Shown: one piece after another, positions 32,776 through 42,306 of the stretch
Position numbering within the stretch: position 1 is the stretch's first letter
Layout: each line of letters opens with the position of its first letter
DNA from: Clostridiales bacterium UBA3680
GTDB taxonomy: Bacteria > Bacillota > Clostridia > Lachnospirales > CAG-274
DNA: 56,627 nucleotides
Assembly: GCA_002372875.1 (NCBI GenBank)
Contig: DFJD01000032.1
Location: 8,381 to 65,007 of the forward strand
Reading direction: 5' to 3'
Position numbers and translations under genes: made by a program
The notes under the pieces: generated by a model
The model's database searches: none
What the model was told of the DNA's origin: nothing
The model's input: only the letters and a program-made list of their open reading frames with translations

Positions 32776-33708
32776 ATGTCAGACATCAAAAAAAGTGTAC
32801 TTGAGCTTATAGGAAAAACACCCATACTTGAAGCAAGTAAGTATCAGGCAAGCATTTCAGAGGCAAAGGCGAATATATTTGTAAAGCTTGAATATTTCAA
32901 TCCCGCAGGTTCTGTAAAGGATCGTATTGCAGAGGGTATGATAGAGGATGCCGAAAAGAAGGGCGTTCTTAAGCCCGGGGCAACGATAATCGAACCTACA
33001 AGCGGAAATACAGGTATAGGACTTGCCGCGGTAGCTGCTGCAAAAGGTTACAAGGCAATATTCACCCTGCCCGAAACAATGAGTGTTGAAAGAAGAAAAT
33101 TTCTTGCAGCCTACGGTGCGGAGCTTGTTCTCACCGATGGAACAAAGGGCATGAAAGGTGCTATTGCAAAAGCTCAGGAGCTTGAAAAGAGCATTGACGG
33201 CGCAGTTATTCTCGGTCAGTTTGTTAATCCCGCAAATCCCGAAACTCACTACAAAACCACGGGTCCGGAAATTTGGGAGCAAACAGGCGGTAAGGTCGAT
33301 ATATTTGTTGCCGGTGTCGGCACAGGCGGTACCGTAAGCGGTGTTGGCAAGTTTTTAAAGGAGAAAAATCCCGATATAAAGATAATTGCCGTTGAACCCG
33401 CAACCTCCCCCGTTTTATCGGGAGGTCAATCGGGAAGCCATAAAATTCAGGGTATAGGTGCAGGTTTCGTTCCGGATACATTCAATGCAAAAGTTGTAGA
33501 CGAGATAATAACAGTTGAAAATGAGGATGCTTTCAAAGAAAGTGCAAACTTTGCTAAAAATGAAGGTGTGTTCGTGGGTATTTCCTCGGGTGCCGCATTA
33601 AAGGCAGGTGCAGTCCTTGCACAAAGAGAAGAGAATAAGGGCAAGAATATTGTTGTACTTCTTCCCGATTCCGGCGACAGATACTTATCTACTGATTTAG
33701 TAAAATAA
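32776..33708 (+). CDS. cysK: Cysteine synthase A (O-acetylserine sulfhydrylase)
   Basis: PLP lysine motif GSVKDR, the asparagine loop TSGNTG and GVGTGGT are present. Confidence 0.94.
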   Translation: MSDIKKSVLELIGKTPILEASKYQASISEAKANIFVKLEYFNPAGSVKDRIAEGMIEDAEKKGVLKPGATIIEPTSGNTGIGLAAVAAAKGYKAIFTLPETMSVERRKFLAAYGAELVLTDGTKGMKGAIAKAQELEKSIDGAVILGQFVNPANPETHYKTTGPEIWEQTGGKVDIFVAGVGTGGTVSGVGKFLKEKNPDIKIIAVEPATSPVLSGGQSGSHKIQGIGAGFVPDTFNAKVVDEIITVENEDAFKESANFAKNEGVFVGISSGAALKAGAVLAQREENKGKNIVVLLPDSGDRYLSTDLVK

Positions 33709-33710
33709 GA

Positions 33711-33746
33711 AACAGTATATAAATAACAAACAGTATATAAATAACA
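33711..33746 (+). repeat. Perfect 18-bp tandem duplication (aacagtatataaataaca x2)
   Basis: It is read directly from the sequence immediately after the cysK stop. Confidence 0.9.
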
Positions 33747-33780
33747 AGGGGATGCGAAAACACCGTTTTCACATCCCCTT
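33746..33780 (+). terminator. Long hairpin after cysK (probable terminator, weak T-run)
   Basis: The stem aaggggatg-c-gaaaac / gttttc-a-catcccctt is 15 bp with one mismatch. Confidence 0.55.
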
Positions 33781-33935
33781 GTGTCGTATATGTGAACAGT
33801 AGGGAAAACAGTTGTTCATTTTACCGTATTTTCAATAAAAATGTTAGTATAATAATACATTTTTATTGAAATTATTTTTCGCTTATGTTATCATTAAAAA
33901 GATAATGCAATAATTAAAAAAGCGAGGTGTGGCTT

Positions 33936-34997
33936 ATGGTAACGGGAATTATAGGGCTTGGACTTATAGGCGGGTCTGTGGCAAGAGCCTTAAAAAGTCT
34001 CGGGCATACCGTTTTGGCAACAAGCAGAAGTGAGAAGTCTCTTTCTGCGGCAAAAAAAGAAGGAGTAATAGACGAATATTCCTTGGGAGATTTGTCCCTT
34101 TTTATGGATTGCAATATTGTTTTTATCTGCACAAGTGTGGATAAAATACCTTATTATGCACAAAAGCTTCAAAAGCTTGTAAGTAACGAATGTATACTTA
34201 CCGACGTTGGTTCCACTAAAAGCGGAATATATGAAAAAATGCTTTCCATGGGAAATATCAACTTCATAGGTGGTCACCCTATGGCAGGCTCCGAAAAAAC
34301 GGGCTATTTTGCCTCGGATGTACATCTTCTTGATAATGCATGGTATATACTTACGCCACTGCCTCATGTAAAGGAAGAATATGTCAGGATACTTACCGAC
34401 ACCGTTGCGGCTATGGGAGCAAAACCTCTTTTGATGGATCCATACCTGCATGACAGGTGTGTTGCTGCCGTTTCCCACCTTCCTCATATAGTTGCAAGCA
34501 CCCTTGTAAACACCGTTAAAGACCTTTCTGATAAGGATGGATATATGCATTCCATCGCCGCAGGCGGTTTTAAAGATATTACAAGAATAGCGGGGTCTTC
34601 TCCCGAAGTGTGGTCATCTATATGCACCGAAAACAAAAAAGAGATAATCTCAGCCCTTGATGCCTTTATTTATAGGCTTACGCAAATAAAGAATAATATC
34701 GAAAAAGACGAATCTACCGAAGAGTTTTTCGCATGTGCAAGGGAGTATCGAAACAGTTTTGCGAACACTTTGCCCAATTCCACAAGCGAAAGAGAACTTA
34801 CGGTGAATATTGCCGACAAGCCCGGTTCTGTTGCCGTGGTTTCGGCACTTCTTTCCTTCGAGGATATAAGCATTAAAAACATCGGTGTCATACCCGACCC
34901 CGACAGTGACGGTACCCTGCTTGCAATTGCATTTGCAACCGTAAACGATAAAAACAGGGCTCTTAAATTACTTGAAAAGCACAGATTTATAGGATGA
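33936..34997 (+). CDS. tyrA: Prephenate dehydrogenase with a C-terminal ACT-like domain
   Basis: The NAD loop IIGLGLIGGS and the motif GGHPMAGSE are present. The ATG at 33936 follows gcgaggtg. Confidence 0.9.
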   Translation: MVTGIIGLGLIGGSVARALKSLGHTVLATSRSEKSLSAAKKEGVIDEYSLGDLSLFMDCNIVFICTSVDKIPYYAQKLQKLVSNECILTDVGSTKSGIYEKMLSMGNINFIGGHPMAGSEKTGYFASDVHLLDNAWYILTPLPHVKEEYVRILTDTVAAMGAKPLLMDPYLHDRCVAAVSHLPHIVASTLVNTVKDLSDKDGYMHSIAAGGFKDITRIAGSSPEVWSSICTENKKEIISALDAFIYRLTQIKNNIEKDESTEEFFACAREYRNSFANTLPNSTSERELTVNIADKPGSVAVVSALLSFEDISIKNIGVIPDPDSDGTLLAIAFATVNDKNRALKLLEKHRFIG

Positions 34998-36283
34998 AAA
35001 AGATGAATATTAAAATAACCCCCGTAAAAACATTAAAAGGTGAAATAACAATACCCGGCGATAAGTCCATATCTCACAGAGCTGTAATGTTCGGCTCCCT
35101 TGCAAAGGGAGATACCCACATAAGCGGCTTTCTTAACGGAGATGACTGCATTTCCACCATAAAATGCTTTAATAAGCTGGGTATTGAAATAGAAACAGAG
35201 GGCGATAAGGTCGTTGTACATGGAAAGGGTCTGCATGGCCTTCGTTCTTCCGCCACCCCACTTGATGTGGGCAATAGCGGTACAACGATAAGGCTTATCT
35301 CGGGTATTCTTTGCGGACAGCCCTTCGACACCGTTTTAACGGGAGATGCATCCATACAAAAAAGACCCATGAGCAGAATTATTATGCCTCTTTCCCAAAT
35401 GGGTGCCGCTATTGAAAGTACGAACGATGGTTTTGCTCCCCTTACAATACGAGGAAGTAAAATCCATGCAATAGATTACACTATGCCCATAGCAAGTGCA
35501 CAGGTAAAAAGTTCCGTACTTCTTGCCTCGCTTTTTGCCGATGGAGAAACGATCGTTCGTGAGCCTGTAGCATCACGAAACCATACCGAGATAATACTCA
35601 ATTCCTTCGGGGCAAACATAAAATCGGAAAACGGAGTTATAACTTCCTCTCCTGTGGAGCAGCTTAATGCGGTGGATATCAATGTGCCGGGAGATATTTC
35701 CTCGGCGGCATATTTTATCGTTGCCGCGCTTATCGTGCCGGGAGCTGAAGTAACCGTAAAAAATGTTGGAGTAAACCCTACAAGAACAGGTATTTTGGAT
35801 GCTTTGAAGGCAATGGGAGCCGATATTACCATAGAAAACCTCTCCCAAAACGGAGGGGAACCCTGTGCGGATATTACCGCAAGATATTCCGACCTTAAGG
35901 CAACTGTCATAAAGGGAGATATTATCCCTCGTATGATAGATGAAATACCCGTATTTGCCGTTGCAGCTCTTCATGCCGAAGGAACAACTCTTGTGCAGGA
36001 TGCCACCGAGCTAAAGGTGAAGGAGTCAAACAGAATTGTGACCATGATTCAAGAGCTCGGGAAAATGGGTGCCGAGATAACCGAAACCAACGACGGTATG
36101 GTAATAAGAGGCAGTCAGCAGCTTAAAGGCGCCCCTGTTTACAGTCATCTCGACCACAGAGTTGCCATGAGCTGTGCCGTAGCGGCTCTTGCCGCACAAG
36201 GAGAGACGGAGATAATCGACGGTGATTGCGTGGGTATTTCCTTCCCTGATTTTTACGAAAAGCTTGCCTCTGTAAGAGGATAA
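34994..36283 (+). CDS. aroA: 3-phosphoshikimate 1-carboxyvinyltransferase (EPSP synthase)
   Basis: Motifs PGDKSISHR, LGNSGTTIR and the C-terminal DHRVAMS are present. Confidence 0.95.
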   Translation: MKKMNIKITPVKTLKGEITIPGDKSISHRAVMFGSLAKGDTHISGFLNGDDCISTIKCFNKLGIEIETEGDKVVVHGKGLHGLRSSATPLDVGNSGTTIRLISGILCGQPFDTVLTGDASIQKRPMSRIIMPLSQMGAAIESTNDGFAPLTIRGSKIHAIDYTMPIASAQVKSSVLLASLFADGETIVREPVASRNHTEIILNSFGANIKSENGVITSSPVEQLNAVDINVPGDISSAAYFIVAALIVPGAEVTVKNVGVNPTRTGILDALKAMGADITIENLSQNGGEPCADITARYSDLKATVIKGDIIPRMIDEIPVFAVAALHAEGTTLVQDATELKVKESNRIVTMIQELGKMGAEITETNDGMVIRGSQQLKGAPVYSHLDHRVAMSCAVAALAAQGETEIIDGDCVGISFPDFYEKLASVRG

Positions 36284-36381
36284 AACGGAAAGCTTTATTG
36301 CCTGAGCTATGATCACATAGAAATTGTCGCATAAAATTTACGATCCATAGATAAAAAAACCACCCCGAAGGGTGGCTTTTT

Positions 36382-37410
36382 TTATAATGTATTAAAAGTG
36401 TTTTCTACACTGTCCTCAATTGCATCGTTTGTTTTTGCAATCTCTTGAGTGTGAATGCTTTTCTCATCACAGCAATCATCGGAATCGTTATCTACTACGG
36501 GCTTGGGACTTTTGTCTATGGGAGTAGCATCTCCTATACCGAGAGCTTCACCTAAAGCGGCGATCTTGCCTACCGATGCATCAAAGTCGTTGGGAAGGAA
36601 TATCTTTGTTGCTCTGCCGTCTGAAACTTTCTCAAGTGCTTCAAGTTTCTTAAGAGCTATTATTCTCTCGTCAACATTTGCTTCTTTAAGCATTTGGAGA
36701 CCTCTTGCCTCTGCCTCGTATGTAAGACGGATGGACTCTGCCTTACCCATTGCCAAAGCTATCTGAGCATCTCTTTCAGCCTCAGCGGCAAGTATCTTAG
36801 CCTGCTTATCACCTTGTGCTCTTGCAACAACGGACTCTTTGTGAGCCTCTGCCTCAAGCAAGGTCTGTCTTTTCTCTCTTTCCGCCTTCATCTGCTTTTC
36901 CATAGAGTCTTGTATTTCTCTGGGCGGAATGATGTTTCTGATTTCAACTCGGTTTATCTTTATTCCCCAAGGGTCGGTAGCAACATCAAGTATTTCTTTC
37001 ATTCTTGAGTTGATGGTATCTCTTGAGGTAAGTGTCTCATCAAGCTCAAGCTCACCTACAACGTTTCTTAAGTTTGTTGCGGTAAGGTTTTCAAGTGCTA
37101 TCAAAGGATTTTCAACACCGTAGGTGTAAAGTCTTGCATCGAATATCTTGTAATAAACGATACTGTCGATCATAATTGTAACGTTATCCTTTGTAATAAC
37201 GGGCTGAGGCTGGAAGTCTCCTACCTGCTCTTTGAAGGATACCTTCTTTCTTATGATCTGGATCACGGGGATCATGAAGTGAATACCTCTTTCCCAAGTA
37301 CCGGAGTACCTACCGAGAGTCTCTATAACAAGCCCCTGAGACTCGGGAACGATTTTCATGATGGAAAGTGCTATAATTATTACTATTACTATAGGAATAA
37401 GAATAGGCAT
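36382..37410 (-). CDS. SPFH/band-7 (stomatin-like) membrane protein
   Basis: An N-terminal TM helix is followed by an SPFH core (VPESQGLVIETLGRYSGT...) and an Ala/Glu-rich coiled coil. Confidence 0.88.
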   Translation of the reverse strand: MPILIPIVIVIIIALSIMKIVPESQGLVIETLGRYSGTWERGIHFMIPVIQIIRKKVSFKEQVGDFQPQPVITKDNVTIMIDSIVYYKIFDARLYTYGVENPLIALENLTATNLRNVVGELELDETLTSRDTINSRMKEILDVATDPWGIKINRVEIRNIIPPREIQDSMEKQMKAEREKRQTLLEAEAHKESVVARAQGDKQAKILAAEAERDAQIALAMGKAESIRLTYEAEARGLQMLKEANVDERIIALKKLEALEKVSDGRATKIFLPNDFDASVGKIAALGEALGIGDATPIDKSPKPVVDNDSDDCCDEKSIHTQEIAKTNDAIEDSVENTFNTL

Positions 37411-37436
37411 AGAATTTCCTCCTTTTTTGTTTTATT

Positions 37437-37988
37437 TTATTTATTTTCGGAGCTTAATCTGGAAAGCTCCTGCCTTTCGGCTAAAATAGCATCCATTTCG
37501 CTTGAAAGATAGTCATCAAACTTGGAGCTATTTTTTTGATAATTGTTAAGCACTACCTGAATGCACTGAAGAGTGTTGTTAAGGATCTCATCGGCATATT
37601 TCATTGAGTCCATACGCATATTCTTCGACTCTTCGTTAGCTCTGTCAAGTATGTTTCTTGCGTTCTCATTGGCATCGGCAAGTATTGCATCAGCCTGCTC
37701 CTGCGCTCTTTTAACAATTTCTTTGTCCATAGTCATTTTTTCGGCCTTTGCCTCAGCATCTCTTATTATCTGTGACGCCTTTATGTTGGCATCGTTTATA
37801 AATTTGTTTGCTTTGGCAACAATTCTCTGACCTTGCTGTATTTCCGCGGGAATATTGAGCCTTATCTGACTGATTATGTCATAGACCTCATTTTTATCTA
37901 TGCTGACTCTCTGAGAAAGGGGAATAGCTTTTGCTTTCTCAATAACGTCCTCAAGCTCTTCAATCAATCCGTTGAATGAATTGTCCAT
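37437..37988 (-). CDS. Coiled-coil protein (ATPase b/H-subunit-like repeats), function unknown
   Basis: It is 183 aa and rich in A/E/K/N/D helical sequence (IIRDAEAKAEKMTMDKEIVKRAQEQADAILADANENARNILDRANEE). It lies in an operon with coaD and rsmD. Confidence 0.6.
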   Translation of the reverse strand: MDNSFNGLIEELEDVIEKAKAIPLSQRVSIDKNEVYDIISQIRLNIPAEIQQGQRIVAKANKFINDANIKASQIIRDAEAKAEKMTMDKEIVKRAQEQADAILADANENARNILDRANEESKNMRMDSMKYADEILNNTLQCIQVVLNNYQKNSSKFDDYLSSEMDAILAERQELSRLSSENK

Positions 37989-38002
37989 TTTAACTCCTCC
38001 GT

Positions 38003-38488
38003 TTAAACTAAATTGGGAAACTTCTTTTTAAGCGCTTCCTTTACCGATGGCGGTACCATATTGTCTATATTGCCACCGAAGTGGGCAACCTCTTTTACCA
38101 TACTTGAACTGAAAAAAAGGTATTGCGTATCTGCCGACACAAACAGCGTTTCTATGTCGTTATCCATAGAACGGTTCGTAAGTGCCATTTGAAACTCGTA
38201 GGAAAAATCCGTCACCCCTCGCAGACCTCTTATTATTATTTTCGAGTCCACACTTTCGCAAAAGTCCACAAGAAGCCCGGAAAAAGAGCGTACCTCCACA
38301 TTTCCCATGTCCTTTGTTATCTCTTTTAGCTGTGCGACCCTTTCCTGTGTGGAAAAGAGGGGATTTTTGTCCTTGTTTTCAAGAACTGCCACAACAAGTC
38401 TGTCAAATATACGCAGGGATCTGTTTATTATATCCAGATGCCCGTTCGTTATCGGGTCAAAGCTGCCCGGATAAACCGCTGTTTTCAT
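38003..38488 (-). CDS. coaD: Pantetheine-phosphate adenylyltransferase
   Basis: The N-terminus is AVYPGSFDPITNGHLDI (T/HxGH nucleotidyltransferase motif), and at 161 aa the length fits. Confidence 0.95.
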   Translation of the reverse strand: MKTAVYPGSFDPITNGHLDIINRSLRIFDRLVVAVLENKDKNPLFSTQERVAQLKEITKDMGNVEVRSFSGLLVDFCESVDSKIIIRGLRGVTDFSYEFQMALTNRSMDNDIETLFVSADTQYLFFSSSMVKEVAHFGGNIDNMVPPSVKEALKKKFPNLV

Positions 38489-39057
38489 TTTTCCTCCGTC
38501 TTTTTCTTTCTGAGAAATGTCATTTTTGTTGTCTTGTAGTCCTTTACCCTTACCACTTCGAGCGTTTCAAAGTTAAGAGACGGAGCCTCCGCTTCCTGTT
38601 CGGCTATTATAAAGCCGTTTTCGGAAAGCAGGTCGTTTTTTTCAAGACAACTCAAGACTTCTTCCACTATCCCCTTTTTATATGGCGGATCCATAAATAT
38701 GATGTCATATTTTCTTTTCTTTGAGTGAAGCAGAGTCAGGGCGGAAAATACATCCGAACGAATTATCTCGCTTTTTTCCCTCAGCCTTGCGGCATCCACA
38801 TTTGCCTTTATAATGGAAATGCTCTCTGCATCCGAATCGATGAAAACAGCCTCTTTTGCGCCTCTTGAAAGTGCTTCTATACCGATGCCTCCGCTTCCGG
38901 AAAAAACATCAAGAAAACTTGCACCCGGCAATTCAAAAGCTATTATGTTAAACAGCGATTCTTTTATCCTGTCGGTGGTAGGGCGGGTATTCATCCCTTT
39001 CGGAGCTCGAAGCTTCAACCCTCGGGCACTGCCGGATATTACTCTCAAAATATACAC
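38485..39057 (-). CDS. rsmD: 16S rRNA (guanine966-N2)-methyltransferase
   Basis: Motifs FLDVFSGSGGIGIEALSRGA and DPPY are present. Its stop overlaps the coaD start. Confidence 0.92.
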   Translation of the reverse strand: MYILRVISGSARGLKLRAPKGMNTRPTTDRIKESLFNIIAFELPGASFLDVFSGSGGIGIEALSRGAKEAVFIDSDAESISIIKANVDAARLREKSEIIRSDVFSALTLLHSKKRKYDIIFMDPPYKKGIVEEVLSCLEKNDLLSENGFIIAEQEAEAPSLNFETLEVVRVKDYKTTKMTFLRKKKTEEK

Positions 39058-39259
39058 CTCTTAACGTACCGTACCTTTACGGCACTATAACAGATAACAT
39101 TATACAAAAAAAAATCAATAAAGTAAACACCTATTTAAAATTTTTTAAAAGAAATTTTAATTTGACAAAAAAATAATTTAATGATATTATTTGCTGTGTT
39201 GTTTTTATAATGGAAACATCGAATAAATGGGTAAATATAAAATGAAGGGAGAAAATTCA

Positions 39260-40153
39260 ATGAAAAATATCTTGATGAAGGGGCTGAAACTTTTTGGTGC
39301 CCTTACAGTTACCGCATTTGCAATAGGTTTTGCCGGAGGGCAAACGGGGGTTCTTGATAAAGTGGGAACAGGTGTTCGTGTATATGCCGAAACAAAAACG
39401 GGCAACTGCGGAGTAAAAGGAGAAGATGGAAAAGAGAGAGATAATGTAACATATACCTTGGATGATAACGGTGTTCTTACATTAACAGGCACAGGAGATA
39501 TGGCAGAATATGGTGACGGATTTGCTGTGCCATGGGGAAAAGATTATGCGAGTTGGGGAAATATAAAGAAGGTCATTGTAAATAACGGTATAACAAGTAT
39601 TTCACCTTTTGCTTTTTATGGGTGTTTTAATGTATCCCAAATTATAATTCCCCCCTCTGTTACAAAAATCGGAAATTATGCATTTCAAAATACCGGGGCG
39701 AATATTGCAGTTGACAACCTAACTGTTGTTGTACAGAGTGGTGCTTTACTGGGGGACAACCTTTTTTATGATGCTAACATAAATAAAGTGAATTTCATCA
39801 CCGTTCACAAAGCTTCGGAAAATGCACCGAAAACAGCCATATTATATAATAACCGTCGTTATGATGAATACACAGCAAATGATGACTGCTATTTTGTGGC
39901 TTATGTTTCAGATTCCGATGTTGAGGGTAAATCAAATCTTGTGATTTCGGGAAATGGTATAAATGCCGACTCTTCCGAAGGTCTTACAACAGACACCGTA
40001 TATAAGAATATTCTTGTTAACGACGTTGTTTTAAGTGCGGAGAATATTTTCGGCGAGGATGGCTACCTTTATGCTCTTAAACTTGACAGCGTGGCAAGTA
40101 CCGGTAGCGAAACCATTTCTGCTCTTGAAAAATTAACTGCTGAACTGAACTGA
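39260..40153 (+). CDS. Secreted BspA-type leucine-rich-repeat surface protein
   Basis: The ATG at 39260 follows gaaggga. A signal peptide is present (MKNILMKGLKLFGALTVTAFA), with BspA-LRR hallmarks ITSISPFAFYGC and KIGNYAFQNTG. Confidence 0.75.
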   Translation: MKNILMKGLKLFGALTVTAFAIGFAGGQTGVLDKVGTGVRVYAETKTGNCGVKGEDGKERDNVTYTLDDNGVLTLTGTGDMAEYGDGFAVPWGKDYASWGNIKKVIVNNGITSISPFAFYGCFNVSQIIIPPSVTKIGNYAFQNTGANIAVDNLTVVVQSGALLGDNLFYDANINKVNFITVHKASENAPKTAILYNNRRYDEYTANDDCYFVAYVSDSDVEGKSNLVISGNGINADSSEGLTTDTVYKNILVNDVVLSAENIFGEDGYLYALKLDSVASTGSETISALEKLTAELN

Positions 40154-40169
40154 AAAATCGGAGGAAAAA

Positions 40170-40301
40170 ATGAAAAAATATAGTACACCAAAGATAGAAA
40201 TAACAGTAATAAAAAATACGGATATCATAACCGCTTCCGGTGTCATCAACAAATCCGATGATACACAGACAGCACTCGGAAAACTTGTTATTACTTTCTG
40301 A
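40170..40301 (+). CDS. Candidate small ORF of 43 aa: MKKYSTPKIEITVIKNTDIITASGVINKSDDTQTALGKLVITF
   Basis: It is below the ORF-track size cut-off. GGAGG (40160-40164) lies 5 nt before the ATG, and the TGA at 40299-40301 is followed directly by a strong terminator. Confidence 0.5.
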   Translation: MKKYSTPKIEITVIKNTDIITASGVINKSDDTQTALGKLVITF

Positions 40302-40305
40302 CCAA

Positions 40306-40338
40306 TAAAAAAGAGAGCGTTTTGCTCTCTTTTTTTTA
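40306..40338. terminator. Bidirectional intrinsic terminator (small ORF and alr)
   Basis: The stem agagagc/gctctct is flanked by an A-run and a T-run. Confidence 0.85.
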
Positions 40339-41490
40339 TATGGATTTTACCGTATAAATACATTCTCCGTTTTTATAATATGCTCTTGGAACTCTTTTTG
40401 AAAAGTTGCATACTATTTCATAATTTATGGTTTGGGCAAGCTGTGCTATCTGTTCGGCGGTGACGGATTTTAAACCGCTTTTTCCGAGAATGATAACATC
40501 ATCTCCCTCTTTTATATTGGGCAGGTGTGTAACATCTATCATTGCCTGGTCCATACATATATTTCCGACAATATTGGCATATTCTCCGTTTACGATGACC
40601 TTGCCTTTGTTTGAAAGCAGTCTCGGATAGCCGTCGGCATAGCCTATAGGTATGGTGGCGATCTTCGTTTTGCCGCTTGTGTAGTAATTTCTTCCGTATC
40701 CTATGGGGGTGCCGCCGGATACCGTTTTTACAAAGCTTACTTGTGTATGTACATTCATTGCGGGAATAAGGTTTATGTTTTTATTTACCGCATCGCTTGG
40801 GAAAAGACCGTATATTATTATACCGGCTCTTACCATATCAAGCTGATATTCGGGCATATCGAGTATAGCACCGCTGTTTGCACAGTGTCTTATAAGACCT
40901 TTGTGTCCTCTTGCCTCCATACCGTCTGTCATAAAGCGAAAACGCCTGTATTGCTCATGAGTAAATGTTTTGTCGGCCTCGTCTGCTGTTGCAAAGTGGG
41001 TAAACACACCCGTTACATTAAGCATCGGTAAGGAAAAAATCGCATCCGTTTCATCAAGACCTTTTTCATCCGATTTAAGACCTATCCTACCCATTCCCGT
41101 GTCCACCTTTATGTGGACGAAAGCGGGCATACCCAATCTGACTGCCGCATCCGATATTTTTTTTGCGGTGGTGTATGAGTAGACCGTTTGGGTGAGTTTG
41201 TTTTTTATCAGCTTGTCAAGCTGTGCATCTACCGTATTTCCCAAAATAAGTATAGGCACGCCTATTGAGCTCTCTCTTAGGGAAACACCTTCGTCACAGG
41301 TGGCAACGGCAAGCTGGTCTGCACCGTTATAAAGGCTCACCCTTGCCACCTCCAAAGCTCCGTGTCCGTAGGCATCTGCCTTAACAATGGCAAGGAGCTT
41401 TGTTTCGGGTTTGATTTTCGTGCGTATTTGACGAATGTTGTTTGCTATCGCATCTAAGTCTATATTGGCTATCAGTCTGAAATATTCCAA
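40336..41490 (-). CDS. alr: Alanine racemase
   Basis: The PLP-lysine motif AIVKADAYGHG is present, and the C-terminal beta-domain contains the motif VGNICMDQ. Confidence 0.95.
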   Translation of the reverse strand: MEYFRLIANIDLDAIANNIRQIRTKIKPETKLLAIVKADAYGHGALEVARVSLYNGADQLAVATCDEGVSLRESSIGVPILILGNTVDAQLDKLIKNKLTQTVYSYTTAKKISDAAVRLGMPAFVHIKVDTGMGRIGLKSDEKGLDETDAIFSLPMLNVTGVFTHFATADEADKTFTHEQYRRFRFMTDGMEARGHKGLIRHCANSGAILDMPEYQLDMVRAGIIIYGLFPSDAVNKNINLIPAMNVHTQVSFVKTVSGGTPIGYGRNYYTSGKTKIATIPIGYADGYPRLLSNKGKVIVNGEYANIVGNICMDQAMIDVTHLPNIKEGDDVIILGKSGLKSVTAEQIAQLAQTINYEIVCNFSKRVPRAYYKNGECIYTVKSI

Positions 41491-41492
41491 TT

Positions 41493-41963
41493 TTAGCCCT
41501 TCTTTTCCTGTTTTTTAGCCTCTTTTTTAGCTTCTTTTTCTTTCTGCTTTTTTTCCTTTTTTATCTGTTTCATTTCTTCTTCACTCTTCATGCCCTTCAT
41601 TCCGACGATATAAAGACCTGCAATATCAACAGTCACGCTCTTTTTGACGGGAAGAGCTTCATATACGTTTTTCTGAGCCATAAGAGTAACGATTTGAGGA
41701 CCTATTTTGCACTGAACAAAATTCATTTTTATAAACTTTGCGTAAAAGGGCAGTTTTTCATAAACGACTTTGGGCAGGTTTACATTTTCGATTTTGTCTC
41801 TTTTCTTGCTTATGATATAAGCTTTCTGAGTCATTTTTGTTTGCTCTATTGCAGCATTTTGCGTATCTATTTTTTTGTAAGCCCATTTGTTGAGCCTGTA
41901 GAGCGCAAATGCAAGCACGGCAAGTATAATAACAACAATAATTACAATGTCAAGTCCCGACAA
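41493..41963 (-). CDS. Membrane-anchored hypothetical protein with a Lys/Glu-rich tail
   Basis: It has an N-terminal TM helix, a globular core of about 100 aa, and the C-terminus KKEKKQKEKEAKKEAKKQEKKG. Confidence 0.6.
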   Translation of the reverse strand: MSGLDIVIIVVIILAVLAFALYRLNKWAYKKIDTQNAAIEQTKMTQKAYIISKKRDKIENVNLPKVVYEKLPFYAKFIKMNFVQCKIGPQIVTLMAQKNVYEALPVKKSVTVDIAGLYIVGMKGMKSEEEMKQIKKEKKQKEKEAKKEAKKQEKKG

Positions 41964-42050
41964 TTTGATTCTCCTCTCGTGAATAAAACTGTCTTTAAGT
42001 ATAGCTTTTTAAACATAAAATGTCAAGATTGTTTCCTTAAATAAAATTTA

Positions 42051-42079
42051 TTGACAATCATCTTTTTTAATGATATCAT
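42051..42079 (+). promoter_or_regulatory. Sigma-A type promoter of the metK leader
   Basis: TTGACA (42051-42056), a 17-nt spacer and TATCAT (42074-42079). Confidence 0.65.
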
Positions 42080-42129
42080 ACAGAAAGCATCTTTTAGATG
42101 TTGTTATACAAATTAAACCAATATATTTA

Positions 42130-42255
42130 CTTATCAAGAGTGGCGGAGGTAACAGGACCTATGAAGCCCGGCAACCGGCAGATGCACGGTGCCAAATCCT
42201 GCGGGTAACCGAAAGATGAGTTTTTCGAGCAGTCCCGCGGGGGCTGCTTTTTTGT
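42130..42255 (+). promoter_or_regulatory. SAM-I (S-box) riboswitch with a terminator expression platform
   Basis: S-box core: cTTATCaAGAGtGGcgGAGGtAacaGGaCCtatGAAgCCcgGCAACC...ggtGCCAAatCCtgc...gAAAGATgAG. The terminator gcagtccc/ggggctgc plus a T-run follows at 42229-42253. It lies immediately upstream of metK. Confidence 0.92.
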
Positions 42256-42306
42256 GTTTATGCGATTCGGGGATAGGTTTTACCGCCATACAAAAGGAGG
42301 AATAAA

